Assembly: GCA_965644295.1 (NCBI GenBank)
Contig: CBFFRP010000366.1
Coordinates: 1 to 64,000 of the forward strand
DNA: 64,000 bases
Source: Paraphysomonas bandaiensis
Taxonomy: Eukaryota; Protista; Chrysophyceae
Direction: 5' to 3'
Part shown: positions 27,401 through 41,284 of the stretch, piece by piece
Layout of the letters: every line of letters starts with the position of its first letter
How positions within the stretch are numbered: position 1 is the first letter of the stretch
Program-made: the position numbers and the translations under genes
The notes under the pieces: model-generated
The model's input: only the letters and a program-made list of their open reading frames with translations
Database searches by the model: none
What the model was told of the DNA's origin: nothing

Positions 27401-29399
27401 GTTAGTGCTGAGAAATTAGCTTCTGTCAAAAAGAAGAAGATAGCGAAAATTAAAGTAGCTAAGAACACTGTAACCAGAGGTTAGTGTCAATACTCTTTGT
27501 TAAATAAAATATAATTGGGTGTATAGGAAGCATGAAAGATGTACTGAACGAATTGCAGATGCGAGTTCCACCTGAAGGTACGAAAAGGAGCACTCGTTCA
27601 GGAAGTCAGGATTATGTTGTTCCTAACATTGAACCTGGAGAGAAGACACGGCAGTATCATGATGAAGAAATAAAAGAGCACGTCGCCACTCCGGATATAG
27701 AAACTTGTAAGAAGCCTGAAAAGGAGTTGGAGCTAACTCCAAACAAATTTAATTCAGTCAAAGAGGAAAGACACCTGACAGCAAGTATCAAGGCACCGAT
27801 ATGAATTCTAAGCGACAAAGTCTGCTTACCCGGTCTGCTCGTGCCTTTTCCTCGTTCATTAAATCTCAGGGAGGAAGTAGTCGAATCAGTCCTGGTCCTG
27901 CTGAAAAATCGAACGAACATGTCGATGAAAGTGAGTCAACATCACCGAATATCATAGGCCGGACCCGATCAACTAGCACAGACGCCCTTACCCCCGGGAA
28001 TTATGGTAAGGACTTATATATCAGTTTCGTTTGATATGTCACACTGGTTATCGCAGGGTTGGAATCAAAGGAAGTTTCAGATCTGACAATGCTCAGAAAC
28101 CACATTATTGTCTTTGGAAACACAGATTGCCTGTCAATTTTTATTCCGGAGTTAAGAAGACCTGCGGTTCGTGGTGAAACATATCACCCCTTGGTTATCG
28201 TCTCCCCGACAGAGCCTCAAGGTTGGAAGATAATCAAGGAGAGATACAATGATATATACTTTTTGCGGGGATCTCTTACAAGGAGTGCAGTTTTCAATAG
28301 CGCGAATATCCCCAAGGCTTTCGCCGTAATTCTTTTTGCAGATAGGGACCGCACTTCGCTAGAGTTGTTAGACACGAATATTGACTCACAGACTCTATTT
28401 ACCTACCTCAAGCTGGAACAGCACATTCCTCCAGACGTTTTCTTTTCTGTAGAGTTAACTTGCAGCTCCAATGTGGCAGGTAGCAGTTGTTCGAGTATTG
28501 ATTGCTCCGTTAATATTGCTTTTCAGTTTTAAACTCTACTATCATGCGACGCGTGCAAAAGTCTGGAACGGATGGAACAAGGGCAATTGTACGGGACAAA
28601 TCCAAAGATAGCATCGCAATATTCGGGAATATAGAGGAAGGGTTGAGTGCAGGAGAAAGTCAAACAGGCCGGTTTACAACCAAACGCACGACGTTGCGTC
28701 ACTCTCTGGCTGGGTCTTCTCCCGGAGCCCGTCCGAGACAGTCTCTTGTGGGACTCCCGCGACCGAGTGTTGTCGAGCGCCGCTCTTCAACAATGCACCG
28801 GCGTTTTAGCATTACAGAGGTTGAAGATGACGTAGAGATGTCACGTGAGGGCAATACACCTGGTGGAATGTCGTCTCAGGATGATAATTCCTTCTGGGAC
28901 GCGACGGACACACACCATGTTCTTCCCGTGTTTGCTTCTGCCAGAACTTATGTGCCTTCTAGCTTCGAATCCCTATTGGTTCAGAGCTTTTTTGGAGTTC
29001 TGACGCCTCTAATCTGTGAGAAGTTGGTGTGTGGGCAGGCTGGTCAATCCGTAGTTCAAATCTCTATGCCCACATCCCTTGTGGGTAGAATATTTGTAGA
29101 TATGTTTAGAATATTTTCCTATCACCATGTAAGTGCTATCACAATATCCCTCTTTTCTTGTTTTATTATGATATTTAGGTTATTTGTTTCGGGTTGTATC
29201 GAGCGCCGCAGAAGCGTCTTGGGGCTGCCCTACCATACATATATATTGCACCATCGGTTCGTATGTTTTGCTTTGGGTTTAAATCGTTAAACATTGTGTG
29301 TAGGCTGTGAGTGTTCTTCATAAGCACGATAGAGTTTTTTTATACGGTAAACCATCTAGGATTGCTAGGGCGGTAGCTGCATGCAAAACTGTGAAGTGA
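24404..29399 (+). CDS. Slo/BK-family (RCK-domain) potassium channel, multi-exon
   Basis: S1-S4 with RLIRVIRIFK voltage-sensor arginines; pore helix and filter TTAMVGYGD; RCK1 (HVIVCG..FFKEFFHPDR..GSAL..DL.KVRA); RCK2 (NHIIVFG..RGSL); C-terminal GLYRAP..PYIYIAP. Introns at about 25136-25180, 27480-27526, 28006-28057, 28480-28527, 29129-29178 and 29257-29303. One junction near 27650-27800 is unresolved. Confidence 0.88.
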
Positions 29400-29934
29400 A
29401 GTGTTTTGCTGCGGATACGGAGACTGGTAGTAGCCTGGTGGTTTGTGAGTAGTATGCACCAGCTGATATATTTTGTACCGTTACACTATTTTTCTACCAG
29501 GGGAGTGTGTTATCGACTCCTTTGATTATGTATATATACGTAAATCAATATATTGATCGGAATGCTCGTCTGAAACGCTTTTACAAAGGTTCAGGAGTAA
29601 ATTGTGATGGGGAAACATTGTTTCATCATCACCACTAACAACGCATGCATCCTGTCATAGGTGTCGAGTAGCCCTAAGAAATAGTACAATAAAGCAGAAA
29701 CGTTTCACAAGTATTGGGTATAGAGAATAATATTTGTACATCTATAGCAGGATTTTTCACTTTTTGTTCCTTATCCCGATGCTGTGTATGATTAACATCT
29801 ATTCTGCGTTACCACTTACGTATATCTAGTGCTAGAGGTGAATTGCCCCTACTAAATTTCATCTATTCAACTGCAAGTACCATTTCTTCCAACTAAATTA
29901 AATGGCAGCTAAGCCTACTAAATTTTTCACACAT

Positions 29935-30090
29935 TTGTTGAGTTTTGCTGTTTGAGCAATTAAAAGCTGTAATTCTAAGATATTGGAATTATGACGGTTA
30001 CTGGAGAATACAGTAGTGATGCTGTATTATGAGAAGTGATATCATGACGATGTAAGATCGTACTAGAAATGAGTGGTAGTAGAGATAACG
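29935..30090. repeat. Dispersed repeat, inverted homologue of about 9300-9522
   Basis: See the 9300-9522 feature. Confidence 0.7.
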
Positions 30091-30217
30091 TGACATATTG
30101 TTTATTATATTTATTATAATCTTCTCTTATATTAACTTGATTAATGAGTGAATACTCGTCCAGTTAACTTAGTAATCATCCAATTGTGTCATAACTTGAC
30201 AACATTCCTATTAGAAT

Positions 30218-30338
30218 TTGACATTATTTGCTAGGGTTTGCTATTGGTTCTTGTCAAACAACCGTAGCGTCTTGTCATCTTCCCCATCCCTACAACTACC
30301 ATATCAGAAGTTGACATTATTTGCTAGGGTTTGCTATT
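30218..30338. repeat. 28-bp direct repeat containing TAGGGTTT (telo-box)
   Basis: ttgacattatttgctagggtttgctatt at about 30218 and 30311. Confidence 0.75.
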
Positions 30339-30622
30339 ATCAATTGATAAGATGAAATTATAATCATTACATGATAAAGAACCTCAGTTGTATTCGATGT
30401 GTTCAACACCATTCATTTACTACTAAGTGTACAAACCACACACTCAGTGATCGTATCCTGTATAGTCACAACTTCTGCTTCAGTTTCATACTACACAATA
30501 TAATGCACTAATTACATATATATCTTTCGATCCTTGCATCTCAATTGCAAGAATAAAGAATCTTCAGATCTCAACTAACCTTACAGAGCTAAACACCATA
30601 TCGATCAGATAGAAAAAGATAT

Positions 30623-33600
30623 TACACAACATATATGATTCCGGATGTAAGCAATTTCCATCACGAACTGTCGGAAGAGGGAGCTATGTTAATCATCGAG
30701 GCCAATAAACATCACACCACATAACATTATACAATATAAAACTACAACATCATCATACATACGGGTGCACATATAAATCATTCCGAATGGGTGGCCTCTC
30801 ATACACAACATATATGATTCCGGATGTAAGCAATTTCCATCACGAACTGTCGGAAGAGGGAGCTATGTTAATCATCGAGGCCAATAAACATCACACCACA
30901 TAACATTATACAATATAAAACTACAACATCATCACACATACGGGTGCACATATAAATCATTCCGAATGGGTGGCCTCTCATACACAACATATATGATTCC
31001 GGATGTAAGCAATTTCCATCACGAACTGTCGGAAGAGGGAGCTATGTTAATCATCGAGGCCAATAAACATCACACCACATAACATTATACAATATAAAAC
31101 TACAACATCATCATACATACGGGTGCACATATAAATCATTCCGAATGGGTGGCCTCTCATACACAACATATATGATTCCGGATGTAAGCAATTTCCATCA
31201 CGAACTGTCGGAAGAGGGAGCTATGTTAATCATCGAGGCCAATAAACATCACACCACATAACATTATACAATATAAAACTACAACATCATCACACATACG
31301 GGTGCACATATAAATCATTCCGAATGGGTGGCCTCTCATACACAACATATATGATTCCGGATGTAAGCAATTTCCATCACGAACTGTCGGAAGAGGGAGC
31401 TATGTTAATCATCGAGGCCAATAAACATCACACCACATAACATTATACAATATAAAACTACAACATCATCACACATACGGGTGCACATATAAATCATTCC
31501 GAATGGGTGGCCTCTCATACACAACATATATGATTCCGGATGTAAGCAATTTCCATCACGAACTGTCGGAAGAGGGAGCTATGTTAATCATCGAGGCCAA
31601 TAAACATCACACCACATAACATTATACAATATAAAACAACAACATCATCATACATACGGGTGCACATATAAATCATTCCGAATGGGTGGCCTCTCATACA
31701 CAACATATATGATTCCGGATGTAAGCAATTTCCATCACGAACTGTCGGAAGAGGGAGCTATGTTAATCATCGAGGCCAATAAACATCACACCACATAACA
31801 TTATACAATATAAAACTACAACATCATCACACATACGGGTGCACATATAAATCATTCCGAATGGGTGGCCTCTCATACACAACATATATGATTCCGGATG
31901 TAAGCAATTTCCATCACGAACTGTCGGAAGAGGGAGCTATGTTAATCATCGAGGCCAATAAACATCACACCACATAACATTATACAATATAAAACTACAA
32001 CATCATCACACATACGGGTGCACATATAAATCATTCCGAATGGGTGGCCTCTCATACACAACATATATGATTCCGGATGTAAGCAATTTCCATCACGAAC
32101 TGTCGGAAGAGGGAGCTATGTTAATCATCGAGGCCAATAAACATCACACCACATAACATTATACAATATAACAAACATCATCACACATACGGGTGCACAT
32201 ATAAATCATTCCGAATGGGTGGCCTCTCATACACAACATATATGATTCCGGATGTAAGCAATTTCCATCACGAACTGTCGGAAGAGGGAGCTATGTTAAT
32301 CATCGAGGCCAATAAACATCACACCACATAACATTATACAATATAAAACTACAACATCATCACACATACGGGTGCACATATAAATCATTCCGAATGGGTG
32401 GCCTCTCATACACAACATATATGATTCCGGATGTAAGCAATTTCCATCACGAACTGTCGGAAGAGGGAGCTATGTTAATCATCGAGGCCAATAAACATCA
32501 CACCACATAACATTATACAATATAAAACAACAACATCATCATACATACGGGTGCACATATAAATCATTCCGAATGGGTGGCCTCTCATACACAACATATA
32601 TGATTCCGGATGTAAGCAATTTCCATCACGAACTGTCGGAAGAGGGAGCTATGTTAATCATCGAGGCCAATAAACATCACACCACATAACATTATACAAT
32701 ATAAAACTACAACATCATCACACATACGGGTGCACATATAAATCATTCCGAATGGGTGGCCTCTCATACACAACATATATGATTCCGGATGTAAGCAATT
32801 TCCATCACGAACTGTCGGAAGAGGGAGCTATGTTAATCATCGAGGCCAATAAACATCACACCACATAACATTATACAATATAAAACTACAACATCATCAC
32901 ACATACGGGTGCACATATAAATCATTCCGAATGGGTGGCCTCTCATACACAACATATATGATTCCGGATGTAAGCAATTTCCATCACGAACTGTCGGAAG
33001 AGGGAGCTATGTTAATCATCGAGGCCAATAAACATCACACCACATAACATTATACAATATAAAACAACAACATCATCATACATACGGGTGCACATATAAA
33101 TCATTCCGAATGGGTGGCCTCTCATACACAACATATATGATTCCGGATGTAAGCAATTTCCATCACGAACTGTCGGAAGAGGGAGCTATGTTAATCATCG
33201 AGGCCAATAAACATCACACCACATAACAAACATCATCACACATACGGGTGCACATATAAATCATTCCGAATGGGTGGCCTCTCATACACAACATATATGA
33301 TTCCGGATGTAAGCAATTTCCATCACGAACTGTCGGAAGAGGGAGCTATGTTAATCATCGAGGCCAATAAACATCACACCACATAACATTATACAATATA
33401 AAACAACAACATCATCATACATACGGGTGCACATATAAATCATTCCGAATGGGTGGCCTCTCATACACAACATATATGATTCCGGATGTAAGCAATTTCC
33501 ATCACGAACTGTCGGAAGAGGGAGCTATGTTAATCATCGAGGCCAATAAACATCACACCACATAACAAACATCATCACACATACGGGTGCACATATAAAT

Positions 33601-33880
33601 CATTCCGAATGGGTGGCCTCTCATACACAACATATATGATTCCGGATGTAAGCAATTTCCATCACGAACTGTCGGAAGAGGGAGCTATGTTAATCATCGA
33701 GGCCAATAAACATCACACCACATAACATTATACAATATAAAACTACAACATCATCACACATACGGGTGCACATATAAATCATTCCGAATGGGTGGCCTCT
33801 CATACACAACATATATGATTCCGGATGTAAGCAATTTCCATCACGAACTGTCGGAAGAGGGAGCTATGTTAATCATCGAG
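30623..33880. repeat. Tandem array of 179-bp units (18 units plus a partial; one 174-bp and two 160-bp deletion variants)
   Basis: The motif ggaagagggagctatg recurs 19 times at about 179-bp spacing from about 30673 to 33853. Confidence 0.98.
30623..33880 (-). ncRNA. Tandem array of box C/D snoRNA genes (SNORD100-like, 18S rRNA 2'-O-methylation guide); 19 guide-bearing copies, 17 with a complete terminal stem
   Basis: Minus-strand unit: GGCCUC-G-AUGAUUA(C)-ACAUAGCUCCCUCUU-CCGA(D')-CAGUUC-GUGAUGG(C')-...-U-AUGA(D)-GAGGCC. It has a 6-bp terminal stem in correct k-turn register, and guide GCUCCCUCU is complementary to conserved 18S AGAGGGAGC. Confidence 0.8.
30793..30882 (-). ncRNA. Representative single snoRNA copy (90 nt)
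   Basis: ggcctcgatgattaacatagctccctcttccgacagttcgtgatggaaattgcttacatccggaatcatatatgttgtgtatgagaggcc. Confidence 0.8.
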
Positions 33881-34011
33881 CATATAACACTCATTAGACA
33901 TGTTAATCATGGTATGGGTCTGCAGTCTATCACTGTGGTTGCATGTGATGGAGTATGAGGTTAGGATGTCCTGAGCTGATTTGAATTATTGCACTGGGAG
34001 GGCTAAAAACG

Positions 34012-34019
34012 TAGGGTTT
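34012..34019. promoter_or_regulatory. Telo-box (AAACCCTA) in the putative bidirectional promoter between the snoRNA array and PSMA5
   Basis: tagggttt at 34012. Function is inferred only from plant precedent. Confidence 0.3.
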
Positions 34020-34332
34020 TTAGATAAAGAATGGATTTTGGATATCCACAGAGTCGCTATTTTTATAATACAGTTGTCCGTATGATAAGTGTAGGTGTGG
34101 ATATCTACAATATATCTACTGCACAGCTATGTACGTATGCTGGCGTACTTCGATAGGAGGAGATAGATAGTATACAGCAGTACATGTCTAGCAGAGTACT
34201 CTACACAAGCAGTGCATAATAGTCGCATCACAGTTCATTCCTCTACCTGCCTGTCTGCCTATCCAGCTTACTCTTTCACCAATTACGGCTCAACTCAATC
34301 ATTTGATTGTGCCACTATAGTGAATATATTAA

Positions 34333-35493
<1,161 letters not shown>

Positions 35494-37061
35494 GATTGAC
35501 TACGTTCTTACGAAGTACTTTGCGAAAGCAGTAATGATATTTAGCGATTCAGTTGAATTAGTGTGTTCAAGAGAAAGTTATGTTGCCCATTGTACTTCAT
35601 CTAGCATTAGCGTGTTTATGGAGCGATGCTCTAATTAAAAAATCGTAGCTTTTATTACTTCACGCATTATTGTTACGTACACACTCACTTCACGGTATAA
35701 CATAAAACCAACCGAATGATACATATTTGCTGTAAAGAAATAAAATACATAGTAAAAGGTGTGAAGTATGAATGCTGCACAAGACATAGTATACAACAGC
35801 ATCACACATGCCGGTGTGCATATATTCCTTGTCTTCGATAAGAATCTGTACATCTTTATTCCCAACATGAATAGGAAGCAGCATGAATTTGCTGCCAGCA
35901 ACTGCAGTCATTTGTTTAGGTAACATACAATATTTGTTTTGGCATTCTCGCTTTTTATCACTAGTATTGCTGCTTCAATACGACACTCATGAAGTGTTAG
36001 TATTAAGTATCATATTTAACATAGATTTAGTAGGCTTGCTATCCTGAGGTGAGGCGGTATAATAGAGATGACTTCCGTGTGACACGCACTAATTCCCGTC
36101 CGTGAGTTTCACATTAATTTCAGTTTTTACTAGATATATAGATTTCACACATATATATGAAAAGAAATAGCTAAGAGTAAAACAAGCAGTCTGTAAAATA
36201 CAGTTCCTCACCCCACCACTACATGTCATATACGTCATTATCGCAATGAAAAGACTCTCAGGGATTCTATTGACGTGAAGTAACAACTATTGCAGGTCAG
36301 AGCCTACATTGGATATATAGACTCCACTCCACTCCACCACAGGCTCCTCGACACAGAGACGTAGCTACAGACAAACTCCGCCGAGGCTGTGATGTGGTCT
36401 CTGCAGGCACAGCTATCAGCCTGCCTGGCAATCCATATTGCTGTCGGCGACGCTTGCATCGGAGATCGACGTCTTGTATAAGTAAATCCTAAACGTCATC
36501 GAAGCAGTAAACAACAACAATATCATTCTAAACAATATCACTACAAGATGCGAAAGGCAGCCCACAAGATAATAATTGAGGAGTAATAATATACTGAGAT
36601 AAAAATCTGACGTGGAGCGCATCTCGAGGAAGCTGGCGTCGAGTACTCGGACACGGAGCGCAAGTTGGCTGCACTGAAGACGTCTTCCACCGAGCGCATC
36701 CGGATATTGACTGAAAGCGCCTGCTAGAAAGGGAGAACATCAGGATAGTGTTGCCGTGACACTAACCCTAATCCCCCTCTCCGAATGAAAGCCATCGTGT
36801 ACCTGATGCGGTACGGAGAGGAGATGATGGCGGAGGACGGTAAGGCCAAGCAGATGTCATGTACAAGTAGCGGTGTGTTGCATGTAGATATAAAGGTTGC
36901 TACTAGCACGGCTAGACTGGCGTTTGCTAACACATTAACACATCTGTTTATCTAGACGTCTCACATCACACTTAAGATGATCAAAATGGAGCCCTACATT
37001 TCGCTGTCCTTTCATGAACACTGTGCACCCACCTTGCTGACTACGTACGAGTTGTAGGGCA

Positions 37062-37470
37062 TGTATGTAGGAAGTATGTATGTATGTATGTATGTATGTA
37101 TGTATGTATGTATGTATGTATGTATGTATGTATGTATGTATGTATGTATGTATGTATGTATGTATGTATGTATGTATGTATGTATGTATGTATGTATGTA
37201 TGTATGTATGTATGTATGTATGTATGTATGTATGTATGTATGTATGTATGTATGTAGGAAGTATGTATGTATGTAGGAAGTATGTATGTATGTATGTATG
37301 TATGTATGTATGTATGTATGTATGTATGTATGTATGTATGTATGTATGTACTGTAGGTAGGTAGGTACAGCAGGTAGGTAGGTACGTATGCATGTAGGTA
37401 TGTATGTGCAGGAGGTATGTATGTAGGTATGTAGGTATGTAGGTAGGTAGGTAGGTAGGTAGTGTGTATG
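37062..37470. repeat. (TATG)n/(TAGG)n microsatellite
   Basis: Visible run. Confidence 0.97.
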
Positions 37471-37582
37471 TATATTCACAGCTAGTGGAATGCAGAGTGC
37501 AGGAGTGGATTTCCAGTCACTTTAACAGTCTCTTCCATGTAATTCTACACACAAATTCTTTAACTCCAGCTCTTATAGCCTC

Positions 37583-40500
37583 ATGAAAAGGAGCACCTTA
37601 ATAGTCCTCACATGTGCGGGTCTTATCGTGCTCTGCTTCATGGTCTATATGTCGCTGCAGATTGCTCCGAACTTCTCACTCTGTATTATGACTATCGTCT
37701 TAATGGTTCTTCTATATGTCCTTACGGAGCAATGGATAACACATGCTGCCAATGAATTTGAAAATAGATTTTGGACATTCATATCATGCGCTCTGTCGTT
37801 TGTGTGTATGTTTGTTGATGATTCACCACTCCGACTATCTCATAATGCCCCTGTATTATCCTGGCTCATTGTAATTGTGTTTACCTTCTTAGCCCATAAC
37901 TACGATCGACATATTCGAAGAGGGCGTCTGAAGCGTGTCACAACATTGAAACGAGTCTCAAGTAGTGATATCATGATGGAATCGCGCGATAAGCTCCACA
38001 CAACTTTGAAACGACTCAATGAATTGCTGGACGGTATTGATAATGTATGGCTATCCAGCACATTTCTCAATATATTTATGCTGCCACGAGTACTTTATAT
38101 TGAGAGTCAGATTATTGCAATATTTACAGAAATTGACCACCATGAGCTGAACTATGTGGTTTCGAATGCTCATCTGGGATTGCTGTTCTATAAGGTTAAG
38201 GACCATAAAATTGCACAGAAATTCAATCGCACGAAAATTTTGGAAACCTTAGCTATTCAAAGATTGAGTGAGCTTACTACGCTATCGAGAGCTCTCTTGA
38301 TAGATGGTCTGCAGCGAATGAAATTGTCCGCACACCCTAAGTCCGATATATATGTACGGAACATTATCCTCAAAACCTTTGGTGACGATCTCAGTGATCT
38401 CAAATCCATCACAGATTCGAAAGGCGATTTTAATTCCCTACATAAACTCATATACTGCGATATTCGAGATGATCAAGTAAAGAAAGCGATACTGGATCAC
38501 ATTGCTCATCAAGCACGGGTTCAAAAGGCGCATATGAAAATAAAGACGTCAAACACGAGTAAGCGCCGAGGACAATACGCGTGGCGCAAAATTCTCTCAG
38601 ATGTAGACGATACTCTATCCTGTTCGGGGGGTTCGTATCCCGCTGGTATTGATACATCTTATCCTCGTAAAGTTCTTTATCCCGGGGTGTTGGCATTCTA
38701 TAGAGAGCTAGACATGGGTGCGACTGGACCGGATATGTGGAGTCAGGTGCTGAATTGAATATTTGTGATGCTATTATTTTATGCAAGTGCGTACTAATCT
38801 ATGGCTTATTGATATGGCAGGATCGCGTTGGAAACCTTGTATTTCTTTCCGCCCGACCCCATGTATATCAAGATACATCTGAGAAGCACTCGTACGACAT
38901 GTTTAAGATGCTCCAAGTAAGTCAGTGCGTGTTTCATGTTTTTTCTGATGGAGAGTACCCTGTATTTCTTCTAACACCATAGTAGGTAGTGTATAGCTAA
39001 ATACCAATTATGCAATCATAGAATGTATGCTACTTTCAATACTACCGTTACTGTTGGAGTGCGCGTATTGATTTTTCCTGTATTCTGCTTTCTATTCACG
39101 GTACCCGTATGTAACTGAAACACCTTGTAGGATACTCGTGGCATGCACACGTCACCTTCGCTACTAGCTGGAAGTCTTGAGACGGGGGGGAAATTTATTG
39201 TGGCGGGGGAAATGGAGCCCCTTGCACAGAAGAAATACGAAAATTTTAGGGAGTATGCTTCTCTGTAAGTGAAATGACTTCCTTGTGTGTTGCTTTGAAA
39301 TTATAGGGTTGATGTGTTACATAACCACAAGATAGACCAGAGAATTTTTATGTTGCTGTTGTTGTGTAGGTACACGGAGTTCGAGTTTGTTTTGATAGGG
39401 GACAACGGGCAAGGAGATGTCCGTGCGGCAGAATTAATATCCACAGACAATGAATTTTCTGGGAACATGCTTCGTGCCTATGTTCATGAAGTGCAGCCTC
39501 TGCACTTAACGCATGCGAAGAACCCCTGTACTCTTACGAGGAAGTGTCCTTACGTATACTACTTCGTTACTTATGTGGACGCTGCCATAGACGCCTATCA
39601 ACACAAACTCATACGGCTGTCAGGTTTGCAACGAGTTGCCCAAGAGGCGGTTCTGGACTTTGAGCGTATACCTTGGGATCTCTTTGGACGATCTTACAAA
39701 CACAACAGCTCGATACGATCTGATACCTCTGTTGGTACGCAGAAGAACAAAAATGCGTCTGCTCGCCCGGGACCAGAGCGCAAAGCTCCCACGTCCATTA
39801 GTGTAGCCTTGAAAGAGTCTTTTCGAAAGCGATCGACTCGGCTGTTGGAGCTAAATAGTGCTCTCACTCGAGCAAATGAAATATTATCCAAGGGAGGATT
39901 GAAGCCAGTTAAACTGTTGAAGTTTCAGTGTCTCTATCGACGCGGAACTGCAGTAGACACTAAATTTGGTTTTGGGGTTGTAGAGCGGTTCCGCCCACAT
40001 GATGGGACTTACGAGGTTCTGCTTCAAATGGGTATTAGGAGCGACTGTACGGGTGGTTTCAAGGCCTATTTAAGAGGCGACGCGATATCGAAGACATCTG
40101 TGACTCCCAAAAGGCGAGGTTCACTAATACGCTCTTTTTTTAGGCGCTCTGTTACTCCATCAGAACACTCAGCTCCCAGTCCTTCCCCAGTGATTCAGCA
40201 CAGTTTATCGACACAGAGTATTTTAAGCGAGTCGTCTGACCTATTGACCCAAAAACAGTGGATAGCATGGACACCATATGGTCTCGCCAAACAAATTGCT
40301 GAGCGGCCCAGTGATGATATTGCAATTTTAACGTTTCCTTGGGGGGCTGTGCTATATACACCTACGAACAAGATAGTTAAACTCAAAGAGGTACCATTGG
40401 TCCAAGCGGCGCGCAATTCTCCAGAGAGTTGTTCCGACACAGTTCCAAATACTCCTGCACGTCCCCGGGCTTTATCTTTCACTTCTCCGTTCCGCATTCT

Positions 40501-41284
40501 TTCAACTGACCATACCCAGCGATCTGCTTCGAATGACACTCCACCCAAGTTTCCTGCCACTCCAGGGTTTTGGATGAGACTCTTTGGGTATGGGCAAGGT
40601 CCTCCATCCCGTATTCCAAGTGCACCCGGGACAGTGGATATCGATAAATCTGAAGTAGAACTCCCCCCCAGTTTGTCTGAGAACATGAGAGCAATCGAAA
40701 GCTTCCTTGCAGATGTGGAAAATATTTTGACAACTAACAATGCTTCAAATGATGAGTCTGCGATTTTGGATCTTAATGAAACCAGGGTAGTCGAGAACGA
40801 AGATAATGTTCTTGATACATCTTCACAGGAGTACGATATGTTTGAGGGTTCGCTTCAACATATAGAAGTGGATACTGCTTATGGCCACGGTAGGGTATTA
40901 TGCTTGATTGACAGAGGGAGTGCAGTCTTTGTGAAAGTGCGCTTGTTTTGGAATGGAGTGGGTTATTTATCACTAAAAACTCTCAATGGTCATACTGTTT
41001 GCGGTACCACTCCACCATCTACATCAGAATCGGTTCTACGTGACCCACATCGTGTGAACCGTACTGCACGATGCCTGCGCATTATCCGTCGACTTAATCA
41101 AGCACTCTCTTCGGGTAGCACTGCGTGTGAAACCGATCACCTGGAGCTTCCTCTCTCGACGCCTGGCAACGACAGCGACGCTATACACACTGGGACTTCT
41201 GCTTTCCATTCAGTGCAAGATAATGGATTTTCTCCCCCACCGTCTTTTCATATTGAATCAATGACGAATGATCTGAAATCCTAG
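37583..41284 (+). CDS. Membrane protein with App1-like (HAD-type) phosphatidate phosphatase domain
   Basis: Four N-terminal TM helices; ILSDVDDTL (DxDxT), YPGVLAFY, FLSARP, LIGDNGQGD motifs. Exons about 37583-38746, 38821-38916, 39131-39264 and 39371-41284. C-terminal T[PK][FY]GxG-type short repeats. Confidence 0.8.

Noticed and set aside
30230-30335. Interstitial telomere (TAGGGTTT)
   Set aside because: Only isolated single units, not a tandem tract.
30300-30370. Additional minus-strand C/D snoRNA (AUGAUUA ... CUGA) downstream of the array
   Set aside because: AT-rich, with no convincing terminal stem and no rRNA complementarity I can recognise; would need snoscan.
30623-33880. CRISPR array or centromeric satellite (179 bp is nucleosome-sized, like plant CEN180)
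   Set aside because: There are no unique spacers or cas genes, and the DNA is eukaryotic. The array is only 3.3 kb, lies between genes, and its internal structure is better explained by a snoRNA.
36340-36900. GC-richer, coding-like stretch between PSMA5 and the microsatellite
   Set aside because: Only short interrupted frames with no recognisable motif; possibly a gene relic but cannot be supported.
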